This document shows positions 29,056 to 38,572 of a DNA stretch of 52,585 nt, piece after piece; the first letter of the stretch is position 1, and every line of letters starts with the position of its first letter. Source of the DNA: Candidatus Omnitrophota bacterium. Its GTDB lineage: Bacteria > Omnitrophota > Gorgyraeia > Gygaellales > Profunditerraquicolaceae. A program made the position numbers and the translations under genes. The stretch is from the NCBI GenBank assembly GCA_043808425.1, contig JAZDEW010000023.1:1-52585 (forward strand), in the 5' to 3' direction. The notes below the pieces were generated by a model. It worked only from the letters and a program-made list of their open reading frames with translations. It had not been told where the DNA came from and made no database searches.

Positions 29056-29112
29056 AAACTTTTTAAAGAACAAATATATTATACCACTTATGAATAAAAA
29101 CTATTAATTCAT

Positions 29113-29409
29113 TTACCAAAACCGATTTTCCTGCTTCTTACCAGAAAAAATCTTAACGGGAATTTCGCCTTTTCTTACCACTCCCATCTTATCCCGCGCG
29201 ATCTTTTCTTGATAAAACGGGTCATTTTGAACCCGCTTAAGTTCTTCCTGAAGAAGGGAATTTTCAATCGCTATCCGACGAAACCTCTCTTCTAATTGGC
29301 GGTTCTTAACCCTTGATTCCTGCAGCTTAGTATAGCCTGGCAGAAATAAAATTAAAAGCAAAACCGCAAAACTAAAAAGCCACAATGACTTTCTTAACGT
29401 GGAAAGCAT
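29113..29409 (-). CDS. ftsB: Septum formation initiator (FtsB/DivIC family)
   Basis: One TM helix, coiled coil, EKIARDKMGVVRKGE; follows eno. Confidence 0.85.
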   Translation of the reverse strand: MLSTLRKSLWLFSFAVLLLILFLPGYTKLQESRVKNRQLEERFRRIAIENSLLQEELKRVQNDPFYQEKIARDKMGVVRKGEIPVKIFSGKKQENRFW

Positions 29410-30675
29410 TTACCTCTTCCAGTTCTTACCCGCGTAAATTGCCTTCTTGCCTAATTCCTCTTGAATCCTGAGCAGCTCGTTATATTTACAAACTCTATCC
29501 GTACGCGACAAGGACCCGCTCTTAATCTGTCCTACTCCGGTAGCCACCGCTAAATGCGCAATGGTCGTATCTTCAGTTTCCCCGGAACGATGCGAAATTA
29601 TAGCCCTATATTTACTCTTTTTAGCTATCGCAATCGCTTCCAGCGTCTCCGATAACGTACCGATCTGATTAACCTTAATTAGTATAGCATTGCCTATTTT
29701 TTCTGCAATCCCTTTTTTAAATATCTTAGGATTAGTCACAAAAATATCATCTCCCACTAACTGCACTTTTCCACCGATCTTGCTGGTCATCTGGCGCCAG
29801 CCCTCCCAATCATGCTCAGACAGCCCATCTTCAATAGATAGAATCGGATAACACTCAAGCCACCCTTCATAAATTGCGATTAAATCCGCAGAAGTTTTGA
29901 CTGATCCTTCAAAAGTATATTTACCATCCTGGCAAAAAGAGCTAGCCGCGCAATCCAGGGCCAAAGAAATATCTTGGCCCGGAATATATCCAGCGGCCTT
30001 AATTGCTTCAATGATTAAGCCCAGGGCCTCCTCATTAGAGTTCAGATTAGGAGCAAAGCCGCCTTCATCGCCCACCGAGGTAGAAAGTTTCTTAGATTTA
30101 AGAATAGATTTTAATTTATGAAAAACCTCGGTAGACATACGCAGGGCATCGGAAAAAGACGCCGCGCCTTGCGGCATAATCATAAACTCCTGAATATCTA
30201 AATTGTTATCCGCATGCATGCCGCCGTTTAAAATATTCATTAACGGAATAGGCAAAATCCTGGCTTTATCTTTTCCTAAAAATTTATAAAACGGCTGCTT
30301 CTGAGAAAGCGCCCCGGCTTTAGCCACCGCCAAAGAAACCCCCAAAATAGCGTTTGCTCCCAGCTTAGACTTAAACTCCGTACCGTCGAGCTTAATTAAA
30401 ATCTTATCAATTTTAGCAAAATCAGAGATTTGTCCTTTAATGGCGGAGTTAATTAAAGTATTAACATTATCTACTGCTTTTAGTACCCCTTTGCCGGAAT
30501 ATCTACCCGGGTCATTGTCTCTTAATTCCAAAGCCTCTTTATCTCCGGTAGAAGCCCCCGAAGGAACCGCGGCTCGCCCGAGAATACCATTAGTCAGAAA
30601 ACAATCCACCTCAATTGTGGGATTGCCCCGTGAATCTAGGATCTCTCGTGCAATAACTCGCTTGATTTTAGCCAC
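29410..30675 (-). CDS. eno: Enolase
   Basis: [37 protein letters not shown]; GTG start after AAGGAG. Confidence 0.97.
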   Translation of the reverse strand: MAKIKRVIAREILDSRGNPTIEVDCFLTNGILGRAAVPSGASTGDKEALELRDNDPGRYSGKGVLKAVDNVNTLINSAIKGQISDFAKIDKILIKLDGTEFKSKLGANAILGVSLAVAKAGALSQKQPFYKFLGKDKARILPIPLMNILNGGMHADNNLDIQEFMIMPQGAASFSDALRMSTEVFHKLKSILKSKKLSTSVGDEGGFAPNLNSNEEALGLIIEAIKAAGYIPGQDISLALDCAASSFCQDGKYTFEGSVKTSADLIAIYEGWLECYPILSIEDGLSEHDWEGWRQMTSKIGGKVQLVGDDIFVTNPKIFKKGIAEKIGNAILIKVNQIGTLSETLEAIAIAKKSKYRAIISHRSGETEDTTIAHLAVATGVGQIKSGSLSRTDRVCKYNELLRIQEELGKKAIYAGKNWKR

Positions 30676-30715
30676 ATTAAACTCCTTTTTTAACATATTT
30701 TTAAACAACTTCATA

Positions 30716-30743
30716 ATTATACACAAAAAAAATCCTAAGTCAA
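30716..30743 (-). promoter_or_regulatory. sigma70-type promoter of eno
   Basis: TTGACT-16 bp-TATAAT with TG extension; back-to-back with a weaker TTGACT-17-TATTTT on + for the FtsH-like gene. Confidence 0.7.
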
Positions 30744-30884
30744 GGAAGAAAAGAATTGACTTAAGATTACGAATATGTTATTTTCTATGTATTCGAATTA
30801 AAAAAATGCTGGCCAGCCGGCAGACAAGACACCCCGCGCCTATTGGAATTGCGCGGGTGTTGTCTAGGTAGACAAGGAACATCA

Positions 30885-32537
30885 ATGAATTGGAAAAAAA
30901 TTAAATTTTACGCGAAACTACACTGGATAAAAGGAGTGCTATTTATTTTCCTGGGAAGCCTAGCCGTCTCTCTGGTATTTTTCGTAATTATTGGCCTGCG
31001 CGCCTGGAATGATTCTGAATCCTACCTCAGACAATCACAGCTCGCCATGATCCCTCTCCAGCTGTATTTACAAATAATCTTAGGATTAATTATGGCGGCC
31101 ACCTACTCTTATATGATGTACTGGCTCTATTTTAAACGCGGGGCTTCATCATTTTCCCAAACAAATAAAAAAGCCGTTTCCGGAGGAGAGATCGGAATTA
31201 CCTGGGCGGATGTTATCGGCATGGACGAAGCCAAGCAGGAAGCCCTGGAAATTGTTAAATTAATTACCGATCGGGCGAGCCTGCAACGTATCGGCGGAAA
31301 AATCCTAAAAGGTATTCTAATGCTGGGCCCTCCGGGCTGCGGAAAAACTTATTTGGCTAAAGCCATCGCTACCGAAGCAAAAATTCCTTTTATTTCCATG
31401 TCCGGTTCTGAATTTGTAGAAATGTTTGTCGGTGTCGGTGCCGGACGCGTACGCTCCCTTTTTAAAAGGGCCCAACAACTGGCCGAGCTGGAAGGCGGAT
31501 GCATTATTTTTATTGATGAAATTGATGCGATCGGCGCACAGCGTTCTATGGGTAAGGGTTTTGGCAGCGGCACCACCGAACACAATACCACCTTAAATCA
31601 GCTTCTGGTTGAAATGGATGGCCTAAAAGATAAAGACCATAATATTATTTTAATCGGTGCCACTAATGCCCTAGAATCTTACCTGGACCCAGCGCTGCTG
31701 CGGCCGGGAAGATTTGACCGTAAGATAATTGTAGATAAACCTAACCTGGAAGACCGTCAAAAACTTTTTGCCTATTATCTCAAACAGGTTAAATATGATC
31801 AGGTAAATGTCAAAATTGACCGACTGGCCAGAATTACCGTCGGGCAGAACCCGGCGGATATTGCTAATATCGTGCGCGAAGCTGCGCTAATTACTGTGCG
31901 TAATCAAAGTGCGCTGATTTCCATGAAAGAAATCGATGAGGCGCGGGAAAGAATTGCTCTGGGCATCAAACGCCGGGTTAAATTAAGCGAGAAGGAAAAA
32001 TGGCAAACCGCCTATCACGAAAGCGGACACGCTATCATCACCTATCTACTTGCCCCTTCCAAAGATGTCTTTAAAATAACGATTACCCCGCGTGGCCCAA
32101 CCGGCGGAGCAACCTGGATTCCCGAAAGAGAAGATACTTTTATCGAAGATTCTAACAATTTGCTCAGCAAAATTAAAATCAGCCTAGGTTCGTATGCCGC
32201 CGAAAAAATAAAATACAACGCTACCACTACCGGGGTATACGGAGATTTTTCCAGCGCCATGCACTACGCCCATAATATGGTCTGGATTTGCGGTATGGGC
32301 AAAAGCGGTTTTTTAGGCAACTGGGAAATTGTGGATAAAATCTCAGAAGAGGTCAAAGCAAAACTTGACTACGATGTTCAGGATATCTTAAACTCTTGCC
32401 TGATAGAAGTAACCGGACTATTAAAAAAAGAAGAAGCTCTCATGGATCGGCTGGCCAAAGAGCTAGTGACCAAAGATGAACTTAACTATGATGAAATCGA
32501 AGCCATCTTCAAAGAGTTTGGTAAAAGCCGGCCTTAA
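30885..32537 (+). CDS. FtsH-like ATP-dependent zinc metalloprotease (AAA + M41)
   Basis: Two TM helices, GPPGCGKT, IFIDEIDA, DPALLRPGRFDR, HESGH. Confidence 0.93.
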   Translation: MNWKKIKFYAKLHWIKGVLFIFLGSLAVSLVFFVIIGLRAWNDSESYLRQSQLAMIPLQLYLQIILGLIMAATYSYMMYWLYFKRGASSFSQTNKKAVSGGEIGITWADVIGMDEAKQEALEIVKLITDRASLQRIGGKILKGILMLGPPGCGKTYLAKAIATEAKIPFISMSGSEFVEMFVGVGAGRVRSLFKRAQQLAELEGGCIIFIDEIDAIGAQRSMGKGFGSGTTEHNTTLNQLLVEMDGLKDKDHNIILIGATNALESYLDPALLRPGRFDRKIIVDKPNLEDRQKLFAYYLKQVKYDQVNVKIDRLARITVGQNPADIANIVREAALITVRNQSALISMKEIDEARERIALGIKRRVKLSEKEKWQTAYHESGHAIITYLLAPSKDVFKITITPRGPTGGATWIPEREDTFIEDSNNLLSKIKISLGSYAAEKIKYNATTTGVYGDFSSAMHYAHNMVWICGMGKSGFLGNWEIVDKISEEVKAKLDYDVQDILNSCLIEVTGLLKKEEALMDRLAKELVTKDELNYDEIEAIFKEFGKSRP

Positions 32538-33375
32538 GGTTCTTCCCTTCATTTTATTCTTTTCCGCTTGCAGCTCCTCTATTAGCCCATCATTTTCAAA
32601 AGAAAATATCACCCAAGCCGTTAAAGATATCTGCAAAAAAGAGTACGACCTCAGTATCTTTACTAAACTTTCAGGCAAAACCCTTTGGGTCTATATGCCA
32701 CTGGAAAACATCATCATCAAGCCCGACCGGCCGGAAAAATACATAGAGAGATTCTTATTAGAAGACACCCGAAACACTTTAGAAGAAAACATTTTAAAAG
32801 TTAACTACCTTATCCGGCCAACCACGGAAAATGAAAAACAGCAGGAAATGGTTCTGGATAAATCCGTTAACGAAAAGATTTTTAACGTGTTGCAGGTTAT
32901 TCGCCGAGTGCTTTTTAGCCTGAGTAACTCTAAACAAGATGCTCCCCATTTTTTCTGCATTGTTACCGCCGATATAAAAAATGGGTTTGAAATAAAGCAA
33001 ATTTTTTATTTTCTCGACTTAAAGAAGCTCTCTTATAGTTTTATTTCTCAGACCGAGTATCAGCATCGCATTATTCAAGATACAATAATTTCCGCGGAAA
33101 TCATCGGCGATGAAACGGGCAACCACTTAAATTACCAAGATATAACTTTTGAAGAATTCCTGGCGAGCCAGATTCAAAGCCGCATAAAATTAAAATTCCA
33201 AAAACCGGAAGTCGAGGTAAATGCCGATATCGATAAGGAAGTCTTAAAAATAGTAACTTACACTTTAAATACCTACAAATTTAAGGATTTTACTCTAGTA
33301 GAACTAGCCAACCTGGCCAGCGGAAAAAAAATAATCCTTAACCAAACCGCAATTCTGACTAATCCTAAAGAATAA
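32476..33375 (+). CDS. Hypothetical lipoprotein (start uncertain)
   Basis: Long ORF overlapping the protease stop; lipobox-like FSAC. Confidence 0.75.
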   Translation: MNLTMMKSKPSSKSLVKAGLKVLPFILFFSACSSSISPSFSKENITQAVKDICKKEYDLSIFTKLSGKTLWVYMPLENIIIKPDRPEKYIERFLLEDTRNTLEENILKVNYLIRPTTENEKQQEMVLDKSVNEKIFNVLQVIRRVLFSLSNSKQDAPHFFCIVTADIKNGFEIKQIFYFLDLKKLSYSFISQTEYQHRIIQDTIISAEIIGDETGNHLNYQDITFEEFLASQIQSRIKLKFQKPEVEVNADIDKEVLKIVTYTLNTYKFKDFTLVELANLASGKKIILNQTAILTNPKE

Positions 33376-33380
33376 AATTT

Positions 33381-33410
33381 AAGCCCCCCTTAGCCTTGGG
33401 GGGGCAAAAA
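33381..33410. terminator. Hairpin between convergent genes
   Basis: GCCCCCC...GGGGGGGC stem. Confidence 0.55.
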
Positions 33411-33411
33411 C

Positions 33412-34008
33412 CTAAAGAACCTTTGTCCTGCGGAAGGATTTTATCTTACCGCTTAAAAATAATTTAATCGCCTGAGGATAAAGCTTATGCTCTAAAAGAT
33501 GGATTCTCTTCTCCAAAGACACTAAAGTATCCTTTTCTCTAATTTTTATCTTCTGCTGCAGAATGATCGGCCCGTGATCAACTTCTTCATCGACAAAATG
33601 CACCGTAACTCCCGTAGCATCCAAGCCGGCATCAAAGGCATCTCTGATGGCCTGAGCGCCTTTAAACGCGGGAAGCAGAGAAGGATGGATATTCATAATC
33701 CGATTCCCATACCGCTTAACAAAATTCGGGCTCAGTAAACGCATAAAGCCCGCTAAAACAATCAAATCTATTTTGTAGTTTTTTAATCTCTGAATGATTG
33801 CTGCTTCAAAATCAAGCCGATGGGCGAAATCTTCACGCTTAACTAAAACCACCCGCACACCGGCAATTTGCGCGCGCTTAATCACCAAGGCCTGCGGTTG
33901 ATCACAAACTAAAATCCGCAACTTTGCCTTAAGCTTATTCTGCTTTATGGCTTTAACAATAGCCGAAAAGTTACTACCTCGGCCGGAGGCAAATATAGCT
34001 AAATTCAC
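33412..34008 (-). CDS. purN: Phosphoribosylglycinamide formyltransferase
   Basis: ASGRGSN, LAGFMRLL, NIHPSLLP, GVTVHFVDEEVDHGPII. Confidence 0.96.
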   Translation of the reverse strand: MNLAIFASGRGSNFSAIVKAIKQNKLKAKLRILVCDQPQALVIKRAQIAGVRVVLVKREDFAHRLDFEAAIIQRLKNYKIDLIVLAGFMRLLSPNFVKRYGNRIMNIHPSLLPAFKGAQAIRDAFDAGLDATGVTVHFVDEEVDHGPIILQQKIKIREKDTLVSLEKRIHLLEHKLYPQAIKLFLSGKIKSFRRTKVL

Positions 34009-34082
34009 CCCGCACCTTCTTTCCTAATCAATTCTATAAACCGTGTGACTTTAATATTCGAATATTTAGAAGATACGGGGTT
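34006..34082. repeat. Inverted repeat element ACCCCGCACCTTCT...AGAAGATACGGGGT
   Basis: 14-bp imperfect terminal IR; one arm also at 14991-15011, variant at 16455-16504. Confidence 0.65.
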
Positions 34083-34918
34083 CAAGCTCTCACCCTGATA
34101 GTTTTAGCCGGACAAACTTTTACGCATTCTTGACAAGAAGTACACTTATGATAATCAATTGCGGCCAGATTATCAACCCCTCGACTCTGCTCGGGGTTGA
34201 CCCTGAGCGTAGTCGAAGGGTCAGCTACATGTATAGCATTAAATTTACAAGCCTTTTCACACAATTTACAGGCAATACAACCTACCGGACAGACGCTCTT
34301 AACATCTTTACCTAAATCATCTGAACTACAGGCGACATAAACAGTATTCGTTACAGAAATAAGCGAAAATAATTTCTTCGGACAAGCCAAAACACATTTA
34401 TTGCACGCACGGCATTTGTTTCTATCCACTACCGGTAAGGCTTCCACAGACATGCTGATGGCGCCAAACGGGCAAACTTTTACGCAAGTGCCAAAACCCA
34501 AACAAGCAAAAACGCAACTCTTCTGCCCTCCTAAAACTAAATTCGCGGCAATACAATCATTAACTCCATCATATAAATATTTATCCTTAACTCTTAAACC
34601 GCCATTACAATGTAAAGTCGCAATCTTCTTAATCTGCTTCGTCAACGCTAAACCTAGAACCTCGGCAATCTTCTCTCTAGATTCATCGCTACAGACCCGA
34701 CAGCCTTCTACTACGCTCTTTCCACCGAACAAGCTCTCGGCGAAACTAAAACAGCCAGGATTACCGCATGCCCCGCAATTTGATCCGGGAAGCAAATGCT
34801 GCACCTGCTCTAATTTCGGATTAATCTGAACCGCTAATTTATTTGAAGCAACAGCTAAGCCTATGCCAAAGATTGCGCCTAAAACTCCTACAACTAAAAT
34901 CGCAACTAAGATTTCCAT
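34082..34918 (-). CDS. rnfB: Rnf complex subunit B
   Basis: N-terminal TM, LPGSNCGACGNPGC, several CxxCxxCxxxCP motifs. Confidence 0.94.
   Translation of the reverse strand: MEILVAILVVGVLGAIFGIGLAVASNKLAVQINPKLEQVQHLLPGSNCGACGNPGCFSFAESLFGGKSVVEGCRVCSDESREKIAEVLGLALTKQIKKIATLHCNGGLRVKDKYLYDGVNDCIAANLVLGGQKSCVFACLGFGTCVKVCPFGAISMSVEALPVVDRNKCRACNKCVLACPKKLFSLISVTNTVYVACSSDDLGKDVKSVCPVGCIACKLCEKACKFNAIHVADPSTTLRVNPEQSRGVDNLAAIDYHKCTSCQECVKVCPAKTIRVRA
34173..34222. repeat. TTCGAC...GCTCAGG family palindrome inserted in frame in rnfB
   Basis: TCAACCCCTCGACTCTGCTCGGGGTTGACCCTGAGCGTAGTCGAAGGGTCA, encoding DPSTTLRVNPEQSRGV. Confidence 0.8.
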
Positions 34919-34992
34919 AATTTACTTTAACAAAATTAACTTCTCCACAATTTTTCCTGCCAAATTATTTCCTATAAGAACAAACGCCTAAT

Positions 34993-35088
34993 TTATAAAA
35001 ATAAATTAGCGGGAAATCCGCTAAATTCCACAAAGCTTAAGCTTAAAATTGAGGCAACAATAAATACCAGAATAAAATTATTGAATGT
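34993..35088 (-). pseudogene. Decayed 3' remnant of rnfA
   Basis: Translates TFNNFILVFIVASILSLSFVEFSGF versus intact RnfA C-terminus TFKDLPLAFIIASMMCLAFMGFNGL; canonical position between rnfE and rnfB. Confidence 0.7.
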
Positions 35089-35682
35089 TCACGCTCTTTT
35101 ATCCTTGAGAAAATTAAATAATCCTAATAACAGGCCAATAACTAACAGAGCACCTGAGGGCATGCCAAAAACAAAAATCGGCTCAAACCCCTTAATCAAG
35201 ACATGCCCTAAGATCTGGCCGGAACCCAAAAATTCCCTGATCGCCGAAATTAGAATCAGCGCCAAGGTAAAACCTACACCCATACCTAAACCATCAAAAA
35301 ATGAACGCGCTAAATTATTCTTGCAAGCGAATGCTTCCGCGCGGCCCAAAACTATGCAATTAACCACAATTAAAGGAACATAAATACCTAAAGAACGGTC
35401 TAGCTGCGGGCTATAAGCCTTCATACACAACTCAATGATCGTAACAAAAGTAGCAATAATGACAATGTAGCAAGGTATACGAATTTTATCAGGGATTAAC
35501 TCTCTAACTAATGAAATAATTAAGCTAGATCCCAATAACACAAAGGTTGCCGCCACCCCCATGCCAATGGCATTAGAGACCGAGGTAGAAACTGCCAGTG
35601 TCGGACATAGCCCTAAAGCCAGAACAAATGTCGGATTTTCTTTAATGATACCCTTTGTAAATTCTTTTACTAGATTCTTCAT
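35089..35682 (-). CDS. rnfE: Rnf complex subunit E
   Basis: ENPTFVLALGLCPTLAV, IRIP, PLIVVNCIVLGRAEAFA. Confidence 0.95.
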   Translation of the reverse strand: MKNLVKEFTKGIIKENPTFVLALGLCPTLAVSTSVSNAIGMGVAATFVLLGSSLIISLVRELIPDKIRIPCYIVIIATFVTIIELCMKAYSPQLDRSLGIYVPLIVVNCIVLGRAEAFACKNNLARSFFDGLGMGVGFTLALILISAIREFLGSGQILGHVLIKGFEPIFVFGMPSGALLVIGLLLGLFNFLKDKRA

Positions 35683-35686
35683 TAAG

Positions 35687-35742
35687 CAGTTTTTCAGTTT
35701 TTTAATTTTTCGGTTTTTCAGTTTTTCGGTTTTTCAGTTTTC
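35687..35742. repeat. Octamer tandem repeat x7 spanning the rnfD stop
   Basis: CAGTTTTT CAGTTTTT TAATTTTT CGGTTTTT CAGTTTTT CGGTTTTT CAGTTTTC. Confidence 0.85.
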
Positions 35743-36682
35743 CAACAACCCCGTATATTCTATTCCTAGTATACCTGTCAATAAATGGTGTCGCCGCATT
35801 CATCATCAATATGGCATAAGATACGCCCTCCGGATAGCCTCCCCAAATCCGGATCACTGCCGTAAGCAAACCACAGCCCAGGCCAAAAATTAACTGCCCT
35901 TTAGCCGTTAAGGGAGTGGCCACATAATCCGTAGCCATAAAAAATGCTCCCAGAATCAGTCCGCCGCTGAGGATATGAAACAGCCAGTCTCCGCTAAAAA
36001 GCTGCGAGGCTCCAAAAACATAAGTTAAAACTGCCGTGGTACAAATATAAGTTACCGGAATATGCCAGGAAATATAACCTTTAATTAAAAGTAACGCTGC
36101 GCCGATTAATAACGCCAAGATACAAACTTCACCAATGCATCCGCCATGCTTACCCAAAAATAAATCCAAATAAGAAATATGCTCTAAAACCTTGCCTTCT
36201 TTAAGTATGGTCAAAGGAGTTGCGCTAGCGATGGCATCAAAACTAAACGGGGGGGTAAAGGTTGTCATATATTTTGGCCAGGAAGCCATCAAAAAAACTC
36301 TACCCACCAGCGCCGGGTTAAAAATATTTTGCCCTAAACCGCCAAAAACCTGCTTGCCCACCGCGATAGAAAACACTGCCCCCACCACCGGTAACCACAA
36401 CGGTACTCCGGGAGGAAGATTAAAAGCCAACAATATACCGGTAATTACCGCTGAGCCATCCAAAACCGTAATCTTTTTCTTCGTCCATATTCCAAAGACC
36501 AGCTCCGTTAATACTGCAGCCGTTACCGCGACTAAAGTTACCCATAAAGCGTCCAGTCCAAATATAATTACACCCGCAATCCCGGCAGGAACAAGGCTGA
36601 TAACCACCGTCCACATAATCCGGGCAATGGATTCTTGTTTATGAATATGTGGCGAACCTGAAACAATAAAATTATTTATCAT
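35702..36682 (-). CDS. rnfD: Rnf complex subunit D
   Basis: SPHIH, KQVFGGLGQNIFNPAL, FMN-site SATPL, GAFFMATD, GGYPEG. Confidence 0.95.
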   Translation of the reverse strand: MINNFIVSGSPHIHKQESIARIMWTVVISLVPAGIAGVIIFGLDALWVTLVAVTAAVLTELVFGIWTKKKITVLDGSAVITGILLAFNLPPGVPLWLPVVGAVFSIAVGKQVFGGLGQNIFNPALVGRVFLMASWPKYMTTFTPPFSFDAIASATPLTILKEGKVLEHISYLDLFLGKHGGCIGEVCILALLIGAALLLIKGYISWHIPVTYICTTAVLTYVFGASQLFSGDWLFHILSGGLILGAFFMATDYVATPLTAKGQLIFGLGCGLLTAVIRIWGGYPEGVSYAILMMNAATPFIDRYTRNRIYGVVGKLKNRKTEKPKN

Positions 36683-37307
36683 GCTTCAACTTTCTTTCGG
36701 TTCGCTCAACATGACCCTGAGCGAAGTCGACACTTCGACCCTGCTCAGTGTCAATGGTGAGCTTAGTCGAACCATCGAATGGGTCATTTTTTATCAATTC
36801 TTTTACCTCTTGCGCCTTTTTTATTACTGAATCCATTACCGCGCGGCTAGAAATTGTCGCACCGGCAATTGCCTGTACTCCGGATAGATCCAGGCTATTC
36901 TGTTGATTAAACTGCGCCGTAAATTTATCTTCCGTTATCCGCATGCCTAAACCCGGAGTCTCATTTAAAGAAAGAACTTTGATCGCGCTGATTTTTCCAT
37001 CCAGAAATATTCCGGCTAAAGTTTTAATTACGCTAGAATATCCTTTACCGCTGGCTTTAAAAACAAACCCGACCAGCTTATCCTGGCCATCAAATGCTTT
37101 ATAATATAATATCTCCTTAGCCGCAAGCGGCCCAACTGAAATAAATTTAACGGCCAGAGGCATAACTTCTTTGAGCGCTGCCTGTTCCTCAGCTAAAGCT
37201 CCGGCAAGAATTTTAGGGCTGGTGAGCATATTAACCGTGGCCAGCAACCCCGCGGCCACGACGCAAATAAGCCCCAAAATAAAACCGTACCGCATCATCT
37301 CTTTCAC
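36672..37307 (-). CDS. rnfG: Rnf complex subunit G with repeat-derived C-terminal extension
   Basis: N-terminal TM, ETPGLG, FMN-site AGATISS. Confidence 0.93.
   Translation of the reverse strand: MKEMMRYGFILGLICVVAAGLLATVNMLTSPKILAGALAEEQAALKEVMPLAVKFISVGPLAAKEILYYKAFDGQDKLVGFVFKASGKGYSSVIKTLAGIFLDGKISAIKVLSLNETPGLGMRITEDKFTAQFNQQNSLDLSGVQAIAGATISSRAVMDSVIKKAQEVKELIKNDPFDGSTKLTIDTEQGRSVDFAQGHVERTERKLKHDK
36695..36787. repeat. Nested TTCGAC...GCTCA family palindromes within the rnfG 3' end
   Basis: GACCCTGAGCGAAGTCGA / CTTCGACCCTGCTCAGTG / GGTGAGCTTAGTCGAACC units. Confidence 0.78.
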
Positions 37308-38572
37308 TTAGCTACCTCTAACTTTGCCCTTCTAATCGTCTGCACCAATCTGCGGCGGGAAGGGCAAACATAATTACATATGCCGCACTCAATGCAATCG
37401 CTCGCTCCATACTCTTTAGCTAAATTCCAAAGCGATCTTTCCGAAGCTAAATTAATCTGACAGGGTAAAAGGCCCACCGGACAGCCGCGCACGCAGGCCG
37501 CACAACGTATACAAGGATTTTCATCTAAAACTTTCACCTCATTTTTATTCATCAATAATAAACCGCTGCTGGATTTTATTATCGGCACCTGGTCCGTATA
37601 CTGAGCAATCCCCATCATTGGCCCACCGATAATAATTTTTGCCGGCTGCTCTTTAAGCGGTCCGCAAAATTCCACCAAATTCTTTATCGGAGTGCCAATA
37701 CGCACGCGTAAATTCTTAGGATTCTCCAGGCAACTGCCCGTAACCGTAACGATCCGTTCAATCAAGGGCTTACTATTATAAACCGCCTCATAAATCGCAT
37801 ACACCGTTGCTACATTTTGCACCAAAACACCGATATCAAAAGGCAGTTTGCCGCGGGGAATCTCTTTACCCAACAGATTCTGAATTAATTGTTTTTCCCC
37901 GCCCTGTGGATACTCCGATGGTAAAACCTTAACTTTGATATTAGAAACATCAGAAAAAGCTTTTATGGCTTCGGGTTTATTTTTCTCTATTCCTATATAA
38001 ATATCCTTTAGGCCTAAACATCTGGCAATTAGCGTGATCGCTGTGGATATCTGAGCTGTCTTCTCCACCATTAACCGCGCATCCGCCGTTAAAAATGGCT
38101 CACACTCTGCACCATTAATAATTAAAGTATCTAGCGGCTTAATCGGATTAAGTTTTATATGCGTAGGAAAGCTTGCCCCGCCCAGGCCCACTATTCCGGC
38201 ATCTAAAACAATTTTTCTCAAATCTGGCAACGTTAGCTTATCTATTTCTTGCGGATCTCGCGCGTGAAATTCTGCCGGATTATCCTGGCCGTCACCTTCG
38301 ATAACCACGGCTTTAGCCCGGCCTAAAACAGGGTGCGGCCAATTCTGAATAGCCACTACTTTGCCCGATATCGAGGCATGGATCGGCGCATATACATGAG
38401 CCGTAGCGCTGGCAATCTTCTGGCCCAGGCCAACCGTATCGCCAACTTTTACCTCCGGAATACATATCTTTCCTAAATGTTGAATTAAAGGAATATAAAC
38501 TTTCAAAGGAAGCGGCAAATTCTGCGTCACCTTATTTTCTGAATAATGTTTATTTTCCGCTAATCTAACCAT
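37304..38572 (-). CDS. rnfC: Rnf complex subunit C
   Basis: GIVGLGGASFPTHIK, NGAECEP, YPQGGEKQL, GGPMMG, two ferredoxin motifs. Confidence 0.95.
   Translation of the reverse strand: MVRLAENKHYSENKVTQNLPLPLKVYIPLIQHLGKICIPEVKVGDTVGLGQKIASATAHVYAPIHASISGKVVAIQNWPHPVLGRAKAVVIEGDGQDNPAEFHARDPQEIDKLTLPDLRKIVLDAGIVGLGGASFPTHIKLNPIKPLDTLIINGAECEPFLTADARLMVEKTAQISTAITLIARCLGLKDIYIGIEKNKPEAIKAFSDVSNIKVKVLPSEYPQGGEKQLIQNLLGKEIPRGKLPFDIGVLVQNVATVYAIYEAVYNSKPLIERIVTVTGSCLENPKNLRVRIGTPIKNLVEFCGPLKEQPAKIIIGGPMMGIAQYTDQVPIIKSSSGLLLMNKNEVKVLDENPCIRCAACVRGCPVGLLPCQINLASERSLWNLAKEYGASDCIECGICNYVCPSRRRLVQTIRRAKLEVAK

Noticed and set aside
34993-35091. TGA readthrough or recoding extending RnfE into the following frame
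   Set aside because: RnfE is full length at the TGA, TGA ends other genes normally (rnfB, rnfC), and the extension is better explained as an rnfA remnant
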